Below, in pieces: positions 11,630-22,083 of a stretch of 64,000 nt of DNA; position 1 is the first letter of the stretch, and each line of letters begins with the position of its first letter. The notes beneath the pieces are model-generated. The model ran no database searches and was not told the DNA's origin. It worked only from the letters and a program-made list of their open reading frames with translations. Where the stretch lies: assembly GCA_964019425.1 (NCBI GenBank), contig OZ025796.1:930001-994000 (forward strand). The letters are read 5' to 3'. The DNA comes from Flectonema sp. DT1601 (Eukaryota). A program made the translations under genes and the position numbers.

Positions 11630-12244
11630 CTACAGAGACTTGAATTTTGGCTCGGCAGGGTATTGGTCACGAATCTTAAATGCATGTGCGAAAAAAGAAT
11701 CTTTATAATACTGCTCGAATGCGGAAGACGTTATAAGAGATTCGTTTCCGAGTGAACCCTTTCGAGCGATATCAGGGAATAGTTGTCCGTTTAGATGTGA
11801 CAACTCATGTTGTAATGTTCCAGCTATGTGACCTTCAGCTTCAACTTGAAATGGGTTTCCGTTGATGTCGAACGCGTTTACTCTGACTCGGGCAAATCGT
11901 TCGACTTGTCCGCGAAAGCCAGGAACAGATAGACATCCTTCCCAGAGTTCTATTTTATCATCACCCATTACCTCTATTTGAGGATTAACAAATACTGTTA
12001 ATGGAAACTTTGGTTTATAAGGGTATCTCGGATTATCACCAGTTCCATAAGCGATAAAAACCCTTTCATTTTCTCCAATTTGGTTCGCAGCTATTCCAGC
12101 TCCGTTTGCCTTCTTCATAGCGGTGATCATGTCGTCTACCAATTGCTTCAGATAATTATTATCATTCTTAAAGTGGGATTCATCTACAGACTTGCAGACA
12201 GTTCGTAGACACGGATCTCCTAGTTCTCGTAGAACTCTTTTCAT
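11630..12244 (-). CDS. def: Peptide deformylase
   Basis: The three PDF motifs GIAANQ, EGCLS and QHELSHLNG. Confidence 0.93.
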   Translation of the reverse strand: MKRVLRELGDPCLRTVCKSVDESHFKNDNNYLKQLVDDMITAMKKANGAGIAANQIGENERVFIAYGTGDNPRYPYKPKFPLTVFVNPQIEVMGDDKIELWEGCLSVPGFRGQVERFARVRVNAFDINGNPFQVEAEGHIAGTLQHELSHLNGQLFPDIARKGSLGNESLITSSAFEQYYKDSFFAHAFKIRDQYPAEPKFKSL

Positions 12245-12384
12245 CTTTTAGTTGCTGTGAAATGTGTAATATAAATCATTATAGTGAAGTACTTTTATTG
12301 GAGAAGAGATATCTTTCAACAAACATGAAAATGTTAGCGAGTGAAATACTAAAATCAACTTATCTGATCCTAAAGATTAAGTCT

Positions 12385-12846
12385 TTAGGTTTTCATTACC
12401 ATTTGAATGGGACCACCACTTGTGATTTTCCCTCTCTCCGCAACCTCTCGTTGTAGCTGACAGGCACTGCAGCATGCGCAGCAACATCCTACTAAAATGT
12501 CTTGTAGCCATGTGCCGTTTATTTTATATCCAGTTCTTATGAGGTGTCTTGCATAGATAGATTGTGTAAGTGGACCACACAGAGAACAGATTAAATTTAA
12601 TAAGAATGCAGTTTCGTCATAATTTGTCTTCACGTCAGCTAATGCAAGGGGGCAACAACAACACACACGAAGACAAATCACACAATCTAAATGGCATGCA
12701 AACAGGTCTGTTTTCCAACCTTTTCCATCATTGATTATAGGCTCATTAACTTCATCGCATAGGAATTGTTCCTTGTCTTCCTCTGCCGGCTCAGTGTTGT
12801 CTTTACCTTTTTGACGTGGAGAATCGTTTCCCTTGGCTCTCTGCAT
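12385..12846 (-). CDS. PLAC8 / Cys-rich membrane protein
   Basis: WKTDLFAC..CCCP..R..Y.I.G...DILVGCCCACCSACQLQRE. Confidence 0.9.
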   Translation of the reverse strand: MQRAKGNDSPRQKGKDNTEPAEEDKEQFLCDEVNEPIINDGKGWKTDLFACHLDCVICLRVCCCCPLALADVKTNYDETAFLLNLICSLCGPLTQSIYARHLIRTGYKINGTWLQDILVGCCCACCSACQLQREVAERGKITSGGPIQMVMKT

Positions 12847-13346
12847 AGGGCCCTGTAAAGAGAGAAAAAAAAGAAATAAGATAATTGTTAAAACAGAAAG
12901 TCTTAGTATTTATTATTTCCCCTTTTTTTTCTCAATTATTTTAGGAAACACTTTTTTCTGCAAAGTCGCAAGCACAAAAAAAAAAGGACCGCTTTGTCGC
13001 AATATGGCGAGGCGATGGTTCAATCAGTCTTTCCTCGGCACGCTAAGGGATAGATAAAAATCATAAAGGAAAGGAATATTGCACACTATTCAGGGCGCAG
13101 AATATTCCTAAAATAACCAAAAATACGGAGATTATTTCGATCGTACTTGTGTGGGGAAAGATGACCAAAATCAAATTAAAATATCCTTAGGAAAATGCGA
13201 CACAGGGTCGACACCTCCCAATAGCTTGTTTAGTACAGCGCATGCTGGGGGGGAAATAGTATAGTAAGAGTACCTCAACTAAATAATATTAAAATTAAAA
13301 AAAAAAAAAAAAAAAAAATTGGGGGAAAAGAAAATGTTAGTTATTA

Positions 13347-14612
13347 TCACAGGGCGATAATATCAAAAGTGATGTCGGATTTTTGAAGATTTCTCTTTAC
13401 AGCACCAACCATCGGAGGAGGGCCACAAATTAAAGTGGCTGATGTCTCCCTGGATGGGGGCAAGAAATCTAACAAAGCAGTAGTTATGTATCCTATGCTG
13501 TAAGGCCAAGGTGTAGCCGGATTTGACATTTTGTCAATTGTGTACCAAACTTTTAGTCTTCGAGGATAGTTTGATGATATTTGCTGAAGCTCTTTAAAAA
13601 GCAAAATGTCATCTTCCGATGTACTGGCATATAAAAGTCTGATTTTTGTACTGTCGTAAGGATCGCTGAGAACTTTTTTAATTAAACTATACATAGGAGT
13701 AATTCCAGTTCCTCCCGCAATGAGAGATAGTTTGTCACTCCAACGTAGAGTTTTATCAATCCCTTCCCACCAACCTCTACCAAATAATCTGAATTTATTA
13801 AATAATTTAGTAGTTGCCTTCCAAACTGATCCTGGATTAGATTTCTTTAGTAGGGTAGTAAGCTTCCCACCTTCATAAATCTTTATAACAAAAACAAACA
13901 TTTGCTTACCGCTACTCGATAATCCAGTTACTGTAGGTGTGTAAGGTCTGGAAATATCACCAGAATGAAGGTACATATGCTGACCAGGATCTAATCGAAC
14001 GTGTCTTGAAGATGACTCAAATTGAAAAGCATAGCTATTAGCAGTAAGTTGTGCCTTTGATGACAACGTTAATGATACTTCGACTTCTGGAGTAGGTGCA
14101 GGTCTTTGCAGTAGTGGATTCCGTTTTTTACCACAGGCTTCAGAAGGAGAAAATACAGCTTGGTAGTCTGGAGGCAACAATAAGTCACCATTCTTACGTC
14201 TAGTAGTTGTTGTTGTTGGTTTTGACAATGGAATATTGATGTCAGTTTTATTTATCTGTCGAGATGGTGAATCAGATTGTTCCTTTTCAACTACAGGAGT
14301 TGGTGGAGTAGCCTCTTCATCACTACTGTCATCAATAGCATCTGATCCCTTTTCATCATCAGCATCATCGTCTTCTTCATTCCAAGTAACAATTCCAATA
14401 GGATCTCCCAGGTATGCATCTAAGTAGTCCATGGGATGCATTTTTTTAAATGTTTCTGTTGCATCGCCGCCAGCTAACCCTTCCAATAGTGATTCACCTC
14501 CGGGGTGCTCCGGTGCAAATTCACTGACGTCGTATACGTAACTGTCAACTATTAGCCATAAGTCTCCTTTCTTGTTATGTTGAGCGACGAAACTTTGTTT
14601 GTATTTTCGCAT
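13347..14612 (-). CDS. Cytochrome b5 domain fused to NADH-cytochrome b5 reductase
   Basis: VYDVSEF..HPGG heme motif; RPYTP; KIYEGG; IAGGTGITP; ICGPPPM. Confidence 0.9.
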   Translation of the reverse strand: MRKYKQSFVAQHNKKGDLWLIVDSYVYDVSEFAPEHPGGESLLEGLAGGDATETFKKMHPMDYLDAYLGDPIGIVTWNEEDDDADDEKGSDAIDDSSDEEATPPTPVVEKEQSDSPSRQINKTDINIPLSKPTTTTTRRKNGDLLLPPDYQAVFSPSEACGKKRNPLLQRPAPTPEVEVSLTLSSKAQLTANSYAFQFESSSRHVRLDPGQHMYLHSGDISRPYTPTVTGLSSSGKQMFVFVIKIYEGGKLTTLLKKSNPGSVWKATTKLFNKFRLFGRGWWEGIDKTLRWSDKLSLIAGGTGITPMYSLIKKVLSDPYDSTKIRLLYASTSEDDILLFKELQQISSNYPRRLKVWYTIDKMSNPATPWPYSIGYITTALLDFLPPSRETSATLICGPPPMVGAVKRNLQKSDITFDIIAL

Positions 14613-14867
14613 ATTTTTTTTTTTTTTTTTTTTTTTTGAGGTGCTGTTTTTTTTTGGTAATAAAAAAAAATTAAAGTGTCAGGTTGAAAGTTTTTTTTTT
14701 TTAATACTTTTTCTTGTTCAAAAAAATTCTATTATTACGAAACTGTGAGAGGATTTTAAAAAAAAAAGACCGAACTGATTTGACCCTCGTTAGAGCAGTC
14801 AAAAAGGTAAATTCAGAGTATAACTTGTAAGGGTAAATGAATACAAATAAAAAAAATAAAAGATCGA

Positions 14868-17800
14868 CTAAAAGTGACTGTACTTAAAAGAAGGAGCAAT
14901 TTTTGAGTTGATAATTGAAGGTTTCACCTGGTTTATGATATTCACAATCATATCGAATCCTTCTTCGGTAGCGATGTTTGCTGCTGTCTTTCCATTACTG
15001 TTTTGAACAGTTAGATCAGCACCCCACTTGATAAGCTCTCTAAGAGATAGTTCGGCACCACTACAGCATGCTACTATTGCTGGTGTGTCACCAGAATTAT
15101 TTTTTCTATTAATATCAGCACCGAATGACAAGAGAAGTCTGATTGCTGAAAGATTATTAACAGAAACAGCAGCATGAAGGGGTGTATCACCGCAATCAGA
15201 ACTCATATTGATGTGGAGAATTCGTCGAACCTCCGAACCCGGAGGGGAGAGTGAGTTCGGTACCGAAACTTTTCTTCTACCGGGTGTAATGGCATCGGTT
15301 CCATATTTAAGAAGCCATTCTAAAGCAGCAAGACCTCTACTAGCACTTAGAGCAGCAAGGTGTAAGATTAGTGTTTCATTACAATTCTCAATTGAGTGTT
15401 GAAGTAAGATCGACATCTCACTGTGAACATATCCTTCACGAACTGCAATCTCAACGGGTGTTAAATTATCCAAATCTCTGTCTGAAAATGAAACCGATTC
15501 CAACAACTTACCTCGTTTGCAATTTAATATTTCAGCCACAACTTCACTTCGATGTGAAGCAATTGCTGTAACCAACGGAGTACCTGAACTACTACTCTGC
15601 AACCAAACATTTGAATCAGGTAACTCCCTCACAACATATTGAACAACATCAATAACTCCATAAAGACAAGCAGTATGAAGCGGAGTATGTTTATGTACAT
15701 TCAGTCCTGAAATTAATAATTTCCCACAGTCAGGTGACTTAGACAGTAGGTGAAAGAGTCCGCTGGAGACTACAAAATGGATGAAATTATTACCAAAATC
15801 ATCAACGGGTTCGGTTAATAAAAAAGGATGTTTTTCAATAAACCAATCTGTGATTAGTTTGATGTTGTTTGATGCGGCGCAGTGGAGAGAGTTTGAATAA
15901 ATCTCTGTTCGAAAACACAACTCACAACCGTGATCGATAAGAACCTCAACCATGGGTAAGCACCCTCTAACAATAGCCAGATACAGAGGCGTGCATCCTG
16001 AACTGTTCGGAATGTCGCAATTTGGCTGTTCCAATAGTAGAGTTGACATTACAGTAATCGATTCATTAATGCAAGCCTCGTGAAAACAATTATCACCTTT
16101 CTTATTAACATGTAAGAATAGGATGTCACTATTTGCGAATAATATCAACGCTTTTATAAATGAAAGTTCTCCATTTCGAATTGCGATATGCATAAGGCTA
16201 TCACCATTCACATCTGGTGCAATGGGATCGCAGTCATACTGGAGAAGAGTTAGTAAGGCAGAGAAATTTAATTTTTGAAGAGCGAACATCGCGGGTGTGA
16301 TGCCAAGAGGGGCCTTGGCTTCGATGTCACAATTATTACATATTAATTTTTTAATTAAGATTCGTGAAAACCTACAAACTGTACCTACTTTCTCATACTG
16401 AACATCAACTTCTTCATACGTTCCATTAGTAAATTCAACTGACGCAGATACAATGTCAGAGGGTTCAGAAAGTACTAAGTGATCAAGTTTTGATACTTCG
16501 AGGTTTAATGTTGTCAAGCAAGCTCCAGATTTAACTTCTTTAGCATTCTGATAAAGTTGATTATTATCAATTGAAATAACATCATCACAACCACTATCAT
16601 CTGTATCGTAACTTTCTTCTACGAGAGCTACGTCATGAAACCTAACAGTAGCACGTCTTGTCGTCTGTGGTGATTTTGGAAATATCGTTCTTGAATAAAT
16701 CTTTCTACTACTTATATTACATTTATCGAGATTATATCGAAGTGGTTCTCCACTTCTTGACTTTAACACAGCACTCATTGTTGATGTCTGATGTCTTAAC
16801 TGAACTGCCTTTATCGGAATCATTTCTAAGCTAGGAAGACTTCCAACTGCAAGATGTAAAGCCGTCAACCCACAACGAGTATTAATATTTGGTAGTGCTC
16901 CTTCATTTATAAGCATCTCAGCAGATCTAAAACAGCCACTAACACAGCTAAGGTGAAGAGCTGTGTCTCCAGATGTGTTTACGTTATTTATAATATGATC
17001 AAGAGCAGACACGATTTGAGTTCCTTCATTATATAGCAATTCAATTATTCCTGGGTTTTCATGAAGGGCTGCTGTATGCAGAAGTGTGTTGTTGTGAAAG
17101 TCTTTGTCTACAAGCATTGATAAGATCACTTTATGTGATTCAGTATCAGAAACTCTGGATAACAAAACAACTAAACAATCACGTGAATTCAACTCAGCTG
17201 AAATATGAAATGAATTTTGACCCATGGTGATATTCTTATGATTTAAAACAGCTCCTTTCCTAAGAAGTTCAATCAGAGCCTCATCATGATTGCTAACAAT
17301 AGCGCATTGTAAAGGACTGTCACCAATACTTCCAACAGTATTTACATCAACTCCACAGTTATTCATAAGATATTCTATCACCTTTATCCTTCCAAAATAA
17401 GCTGCATAGTGAAGTGGGGTCCAACAACAATCAGTAGCGTCTTTAATATTTTTATTCGAGTTGTCAGAGTTTATTAGTTCTGCCACACAGTCAACATGTC
17501 CATATTTACAAGCATAGTGAATAGGATAGAGACCTGAATTGCAAGGTACATTTGGTGACAGTAATAACAGAACAAGACATGAAGTGTGCCCTGAGAGGGC
17601 TGCAACGTGTGCTGCGGTTAGTCCGAAGTCATTTTGAATTGTGAGAAGAGTTGCGAATCTTGCGAATTGTCTGACCAAAAGAACAGTTCCATACCAACAT
17701 GCATCATGAAGTGGAGTATTTCCATTGATGTCCGCAACTTTTAAAATCTCACAGTCATCATCAGATAGCTCAACGAGAACTAAAGAGATAGCAACGGCTT

Positions 17801-20800
17801 CACACACAGCTGAAGAATTTGCAGGCGAACGACCACTCTTTGAAGCACAGTGAAATGATGTCCTTCCAAAACTATTTCTGTGTGAAAGAAATTTCATTCT
17901 TTCATTCCTTTCCATCTCTCTCAGTTCACGTAGGAATACCGTGACTGCATTTTCAGAACTCAAATCGTTAACGTCATCCAGTCCACTGTTATCTATTTCT
18001 GATAGGGAATATTCCTTTCTAAGAATAGGCATGACCTCACTTACCTTAACATGTCTCATTGACATCGCTAATGATACTAATTCCCTTGTCGTAGTAATTC
18101 CCTTCTCAAACAAAAACGATACAATTTCATGACGAATTTGAAGAACTGCGTGTTCCAATAGTGAGAAACCCTGTTTTGATAAAACATGAATACCACTTTG
18201 ACGAATAGGTGTCCAGGTCTCAGCACTTGAACAGCTCGCTTCACAATCTTCATACTGCAGATGATGATTATAAATTATAGTAAAGGCTCTATAACGGTTC
18301 AATGATATGCAAAGGTGAAGTGAAGGCTGAGTCCGAACATCGATAACATCTGAAGTAATGTTGTCAAGAACGCAGTGAAGTGATTCTATTTGATTGAAAT
18401 AACAACAAGCCTGAACAGGTGTGAAATTATATTTTGTAAAAACAGCATCTTTTTCTAATGAGCGAATTATTTTCTTTACATGAAGAGTGTCATGATGCTC
18501 AAACACACCATCAGTCTCTATCACTTTCTTCACATCTTCCGCGTCATTCTTATTTGGTGGATCGATGCAGAAATCTGTAGCAGTTGTTTTATCCATTGTT
18601 TCTTTGTCATTTTTAGCTATCTCTGTAGCTACGTCTGTCTCTTTCTGTTTGACCAGCACAGAACACTTTGCGAAACTAACAAAAGCGTCGAAATATCTTC
18701 TTATCAGGGTAAGCATTACTAATTTGTATAGGACAGTTGTATTTTTAACAGCGTTTTGTTCTCTGCTTTGGATGGCTTTTAGACGAACGTGAGTGATTTC
18801 ATGGGAAAGGCGATTGAGTGTTACAGACTTTTCAAGTTCTGTGATTGTATTAAATGAACTGATTTGAGATTCCAATAACAATTGTCGTTTTGACTGCTCA
18901 GAAGAATAAATTGAAATCATAGCGTTGGCATAGTCAGTGCGCTCAGCATCTTCATGTTGAATTTGGAGTAGTGTAGAATCTATTACGGGATTTCCTTTTA
19001 ATTTTCCCAAATATTCAACCAAAACACGCTGACAAGCTCTGTGCAACATAGTCACTTCAGGCAACACTTCAAAAGAACATAACTTAGCAGGTGTCCACCC
19101 ATGCATATTCTCCGCATATACTGACCAGCCATATTTTAACAACAAAGCAACTACTTCCGGATGCCCTCCTTTTGTAGCTAAATGAAGAGCTGTGTTTCCG
19201 TCTAAATCTGAGGATTTTTGGAGTTTTGTTGCTACGGAAGATCGTTGTAGCTCTCTCGGTAATTTTAATAAATACTGAACAACATTAACTTTACCGCTAG
19301 CAGAGGCATCTAAAAATGGTGTTCTATGAGCAGGTCTGGCGATGACGTTGTAGTCAAGTTTTAGTACCTCAATTAGATATTTTAATAAAGTTAGATGACC
19401 TCGTCTGGCAGCATAGTGAGTGAATGTTCTGCCAGTTGTATCACAGTCGTGATGTTGAAAATCTGTTAAGAAAGATTCAACAACTGAATGTCTTCCATAA
19501 TGCGATGCGAGTAAAAGAGGAGTAGCTCCACTTTGAGAAGGAACCGACAACAAAGATGGTGGAAACAGTGACACCGATTTAACATGACCAGCTGCTGCTG
19601 CAAAATGACATGGAGTACGACCTTCTTCATCAAGTTCATAAGCACTCCATCCCTCATTTAATAAAACACTAATTACATCACAGTTTCCACGTGTCGCTGC
19701 TAAGTGAAGAGCTTTACCGTGAGAGGTAGTCACAGATGCTAGTTGAGTTACAATTTGTAAGCTATATGACTCTAAACAAGACCATTCAAGAGCTGTTAAC
19801 CCGGTACTGTCTCTCATGTTTGGATCGATACCAATTTCTTTTCGAATTCTAATAAGTAACCCAAGCCCCTCAACACCACCAGTCTTCGCTGCGATATGTA
19901 AAGCAGATTGAGAATTACTTGTGAGAGCTGTCGCATCACAATTCTTATTTAACAAAAGAGCGTTTAAACACTCAGCCGAATGCTCTGACTTACTCGCCGC
20001 GTAATGGACAGCACTCCATGACATGTTGTACTCAGTTATTCTAAAATCAATGTCAGGTAAAGTCAATAAAAATAATACCACCTCTTTGTTTCCCATACTA
20101 CACGCCTTGTGTAGGGCTGTTTGACCTGAATTGTCCTGACTATTTAGAAGTAATTTTCTTGAAGAATCAGAATCACCGCGAGATTCCAATATATAAGAAA
20201 TCATCCGCACCTGATTGAAATGAGCTCCCCAATGAAGAGGATTTGATTCATTTTTATCCGTCGTATTCAACACAACAGAATGGAGAGACTGAACGTTCGA
20301 AGTCGCTTTTATATTTTCTATTAACGTCGTAAGAGACTCAAAGTGACCAAATTGAACAGCGCAATGTAAAGGAGATATAGTCAGAGAATACCGAGGACAC
20401 GGAACATAAGAAAGCAATGTAGATAAAAACTCAGTATGGTTACCTATAGCAGCAAAGTGAAAAGCGCTGAAATTATTAATGTCAACGGCTGATAGGTGTT
20501 CGGTGACGTCATTAGTAGGGATGAGAGATATCAAGTACTCAAGCACAGCACATGATCCAGATATAGCACTGACATGAATTGCGTTTCTTCCTGTTGATGG
20601 TGATTTTAGGAATGGTTTTGCACCAGCTGCTACTAACAATTGACATGCCTGAACAGAACCAGATGAGGCTGCTTCCATAAAAGGGGTTTTATCTCTACTG
20701 CAATAGTTGACATCAACACCTCTTGATATAAATATAGACAGACAATCAATTGCTCCATATTGAGCTGACGTCATCAGGCAAAGTTGTAATTTAGGATCTC

Positions 20801-21902
20801 TACTCGAAGATAATGAAGTTAATAATAAACCAGTCACACTTGGATGTCCTTTCATACATGAAACTTGAATAGGAGTTGTTCCATTCTTATCAGAAACATG
20901 GACTGATGCTCCTGATTCAAGTAGCAGCCTGCAGCACATTAAATTTCCAAGTCGAGCAGCTAAGAAGAGAGGTGTTGTGCCGTTGCAATCCTTAGCGTTT
21001 ACCTTACATGTCCATACTCCATTCAGAAGAAGTTCCATGGAATGAAAATGTCCAAACTGAGCTGTGTAGTGTAATGGTGTTCTTCCGAGAAGACTACACT
21101 TCGTCATTGGATCAACACCTCTGGCTAATAGAGCATTTAGACAACCAGAATTTCCATACATAGCAGCAGTGTGGAGGGCTGTACGTCCCATGCAGTCTGC
21201 ATAATCTGCAGCAGCACCGTGTCTTATGAGAACTGCGGTTAGCATCTTATGACCACTGTGACAGGCCCAATGTAGTGGAGTAGCGTCCCAGGCATCTCTA
21301 ATGCTGGGCATTACACGTCTACTGAGGATGTATTTAGTACAACCGATGCTACCAACATATGCTGCCAAGTGTAGACATGTTAATCCATAAGGTCCTTGAG
21401 TTGAAAGGATGATACCTGGTGTTTCTGATAGTATTTTTAATCCTAATTCTTGATCTCTAGAACTCGCATCATGCATAAGAGACCAACCACTCGGAGGTAT
21501 CAAAGTAGCTGCATGCGGTGCTATTTTCAATAATTCTATTATACAGGCGGTGTTACCATTTTCTACAGCCGTAAGCAAAGCGCTCTTCCCCTCCATATCA
21601 ACTGCATCCCATGCTGCTCCAGTGACTAGAAGTGATCTGCAGCACTTGACAGCATTTACTTCACAGGCAACGTGTAATGGTGCTTTACCTTTTTGATCTT
21701 TTTTATTAGGATTAGCGCCATGATGCAATAGAATATTTAAAGCAATCCATCGTTTCTGTGTGCAACACAAGTGTGCAGCAGTTGATCCCAATTCATCGGC
21801 TATATCTAACCCACCAGTGTGTTTAATAATCGTTGGGACTAACTCTACTTGACCTGCTGCTACTGCTTCATGTAGAGGTGTCCAGGATCTACTATTTTCC
21901 AT
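14868..21902 (-). CDS. Large ankyrin-repeat protein
   Basis: Dozens of G.TPLH.A...G motifs. First ATG is at 21902 (the ORF track starts at an upstream TTG), preceded by ttttaacAG. Confidence 0.9.
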   Translation of the reverse strand: MENSRSWTPLHEAVAAGQVELVPTIIKHTGGLDIADELGSTAAHLCCTQKRWIALNILLHHGANPNKKDQKGKAPLHVACEVNAVKCCRSLLVTGAAWDAVDMEGKSALLTAVENGNTACIIELLKIAPHAATLIPPSGWSLMHDASSRDQELGLKILSETPGIILSTQGPYGLTCLHLAAYVGSIGCTKYILSRRVMPSIRDAWDATPLHWACHSGHKMLTAVLIRHGAAADYADCMGRTALHTAAMYGNSGCLNALLARGVDPMTKCSLLGRTPLHYTAQFGHFHSMELLLNGVWTCKVNAKDCNGTTPLFLAARLGNLMCCRLLLESGASVHVSDKNGTTPIQVSCMKGHPSVTGLLLTSLSSSRDPKLQLCLMTSAQYGAIDCLSIFISRGVDVNYCSRDKTPFMEAASSGSVQACQLLVAAGAKPFLKSPSTGRNAIHVSAISGSCAVLEYLISLIPTNDVTEHLSAVDINNFSAFHFAAIGNHTEFLSTLLSYVPCPRYSLTISPLHCAVQFGHFESLTTLIENIKATSNVQSLHSVVLNTTDKNESNPLHWGAHFNQVRMISYILESRGDSDSSRKLLLNSQDNSGQTALHKACSMGNKEVVLFLLTLPDIDFRITEYNMSWSAVHYAASKSEHSAECLNALLLNKNCDATALTSNSQSALHIAAKTGGVEGLGLLIRIRKEIGIDPNMRDSTGLTALEWSCLESYSLQIVTQLASVTTSHGKALHLAATRGNCDVISVLLNEGWSAYELDEEGRTPCHFAAAAGHVKSVSLFPPSLLSVPSQSGATPLLLASHYGRHSVVESFLTDFQHHDCDTTGRTFTHYAARRGHLTLLKYLIEVLKLDYNVIARPAHRTPFLDASASGKVNVVQYLLKLPRELQRSSVATKLQKSSDLDGNTALHLATKGGHPEVVALLLKYGWSVYAENMHGWTPAKLCSFEVLPEVTMLHRACQRVLVEYLGKLKGNPVIDSTLLQIQHEDAERTDYANAMISIYSSEQSKRQLLLESQISSFNTITELEKSVTLNRLSHEITHVRLKAIQSREQNAVKNTTVLYKLVMLTLIRRYFDAFVSFAKCSVLVKQKETDVATEIAKNDKETMDKTTATDFCIDPPNKNDAEDVKKVIETDGVFEHHDTLHVKKIIRSLEKDAVFTKYNFTPVQACCYFNQIESLHCVLDNITSDVIDVRTQPSLHLCISLNRYRAFTIIYNHHLQYEDCEASCSSAETWTPIRQSGIHVLSKQGFSLLEHAVLQIRHEIVSFLFEKGITTTRELVSLAMSMRHVKVSEVMPILRKEYSLSEIDNSGLDDVNDLSSENAVTVFLRELREMERNERMKFLSHRNSFGRTSFHCASKSGRSPANSSAVCEAVAISLVLVELSDDDCEILKVADINGNTPLHDACWYGTVLLVRQFARFATLLTIQNDFGLTAAHVAALSGHTSCLVLLLLSPNVPCNSGLYPIHYACKYGHVDCVAELINSDNSNKNIKDATDCCWTPLHYAAYFGRIKVIEYLMNNCGVDVNTVGSIGDSPLQCAIVSNHDEALIELLRKGAVLNHKNITMGQNSFHISAELNSRDCLVVLLSRVSDTESHKVILSMLVDKDFHNNTLLHTAALHENPGIIELLYNEGTQIVSALDHIINNVNTSGDTALHLSCVSGCFRSAEMLINEGALPNINTRCGLTALHLAVGSLPSLEMIPIKAVQLRHQTSTMSAVLKSRSGEPLRYNLDKCNISSRKIYSRTIFPKSPQTTRRATVRFHDVALVEESYDTDDSGCDDVISIDNNQLYQNAKEVKSGACLTTLNLEVSKLDHLVLSEPSDIVSASVEFTNGTYEEVDVQYEKVGTVCRFSRILIKKLICNNCDIEAKAPLGITPAMFALQKLNFSALLTLLQYDCDPIAPDVNGDSLMHIAIRNGELSFIKALILFANSDILFLHVNKKGDNCFHEACINESITVMSTLLLEQPNCDIPNSSGCTPLYLAIVRGCLPMVEVLIDHGCELCFRTEIYSNSLHCAASNNIKLITDWFIEKHPFLLTEPVDDFGNNFIHFVVSSGLFHLLSKSPDCGKLLISGLNVHKHTPLHTACLYGVIDVVQYVVRELPDSNVWLQSSSSGTPLVTAIASHRSEVVAEILNCKRGKLLESVSFSDRDLDNLTPVEIAVREGYVHSEMSILLQHSIENCNETLILHLAALSASRGLAALEWLLKYGTDAITPGRRKVSVPNSLSPPGSEVRRILHINMSSDCGDTPLHAAVSVNNLSAIRLLLSFGADINRKNNSGDTPAIVACCSGAELSLRELIKWGADLTVQNSNGKTAANIATEEGFDMIVNIINQVKPSIINSKIAPSFKYSHF

Positions 21903-22083
21903 AATTGGGATACCTGTTAAAAAATAAAGGAGGTTTACGTGTGCTGCCAATATTCCTTTTAGTTCTTACAATACTTGTTAAATGCAAAAAAAAAAAAAAA
22001 AAAAAAAAAATTTCTTCTTTTTTTCCTTCCTTCCTCCGTGGAAAAGGAATAAAGAAATGTCAAACAATGTGAGATAGCTAATC

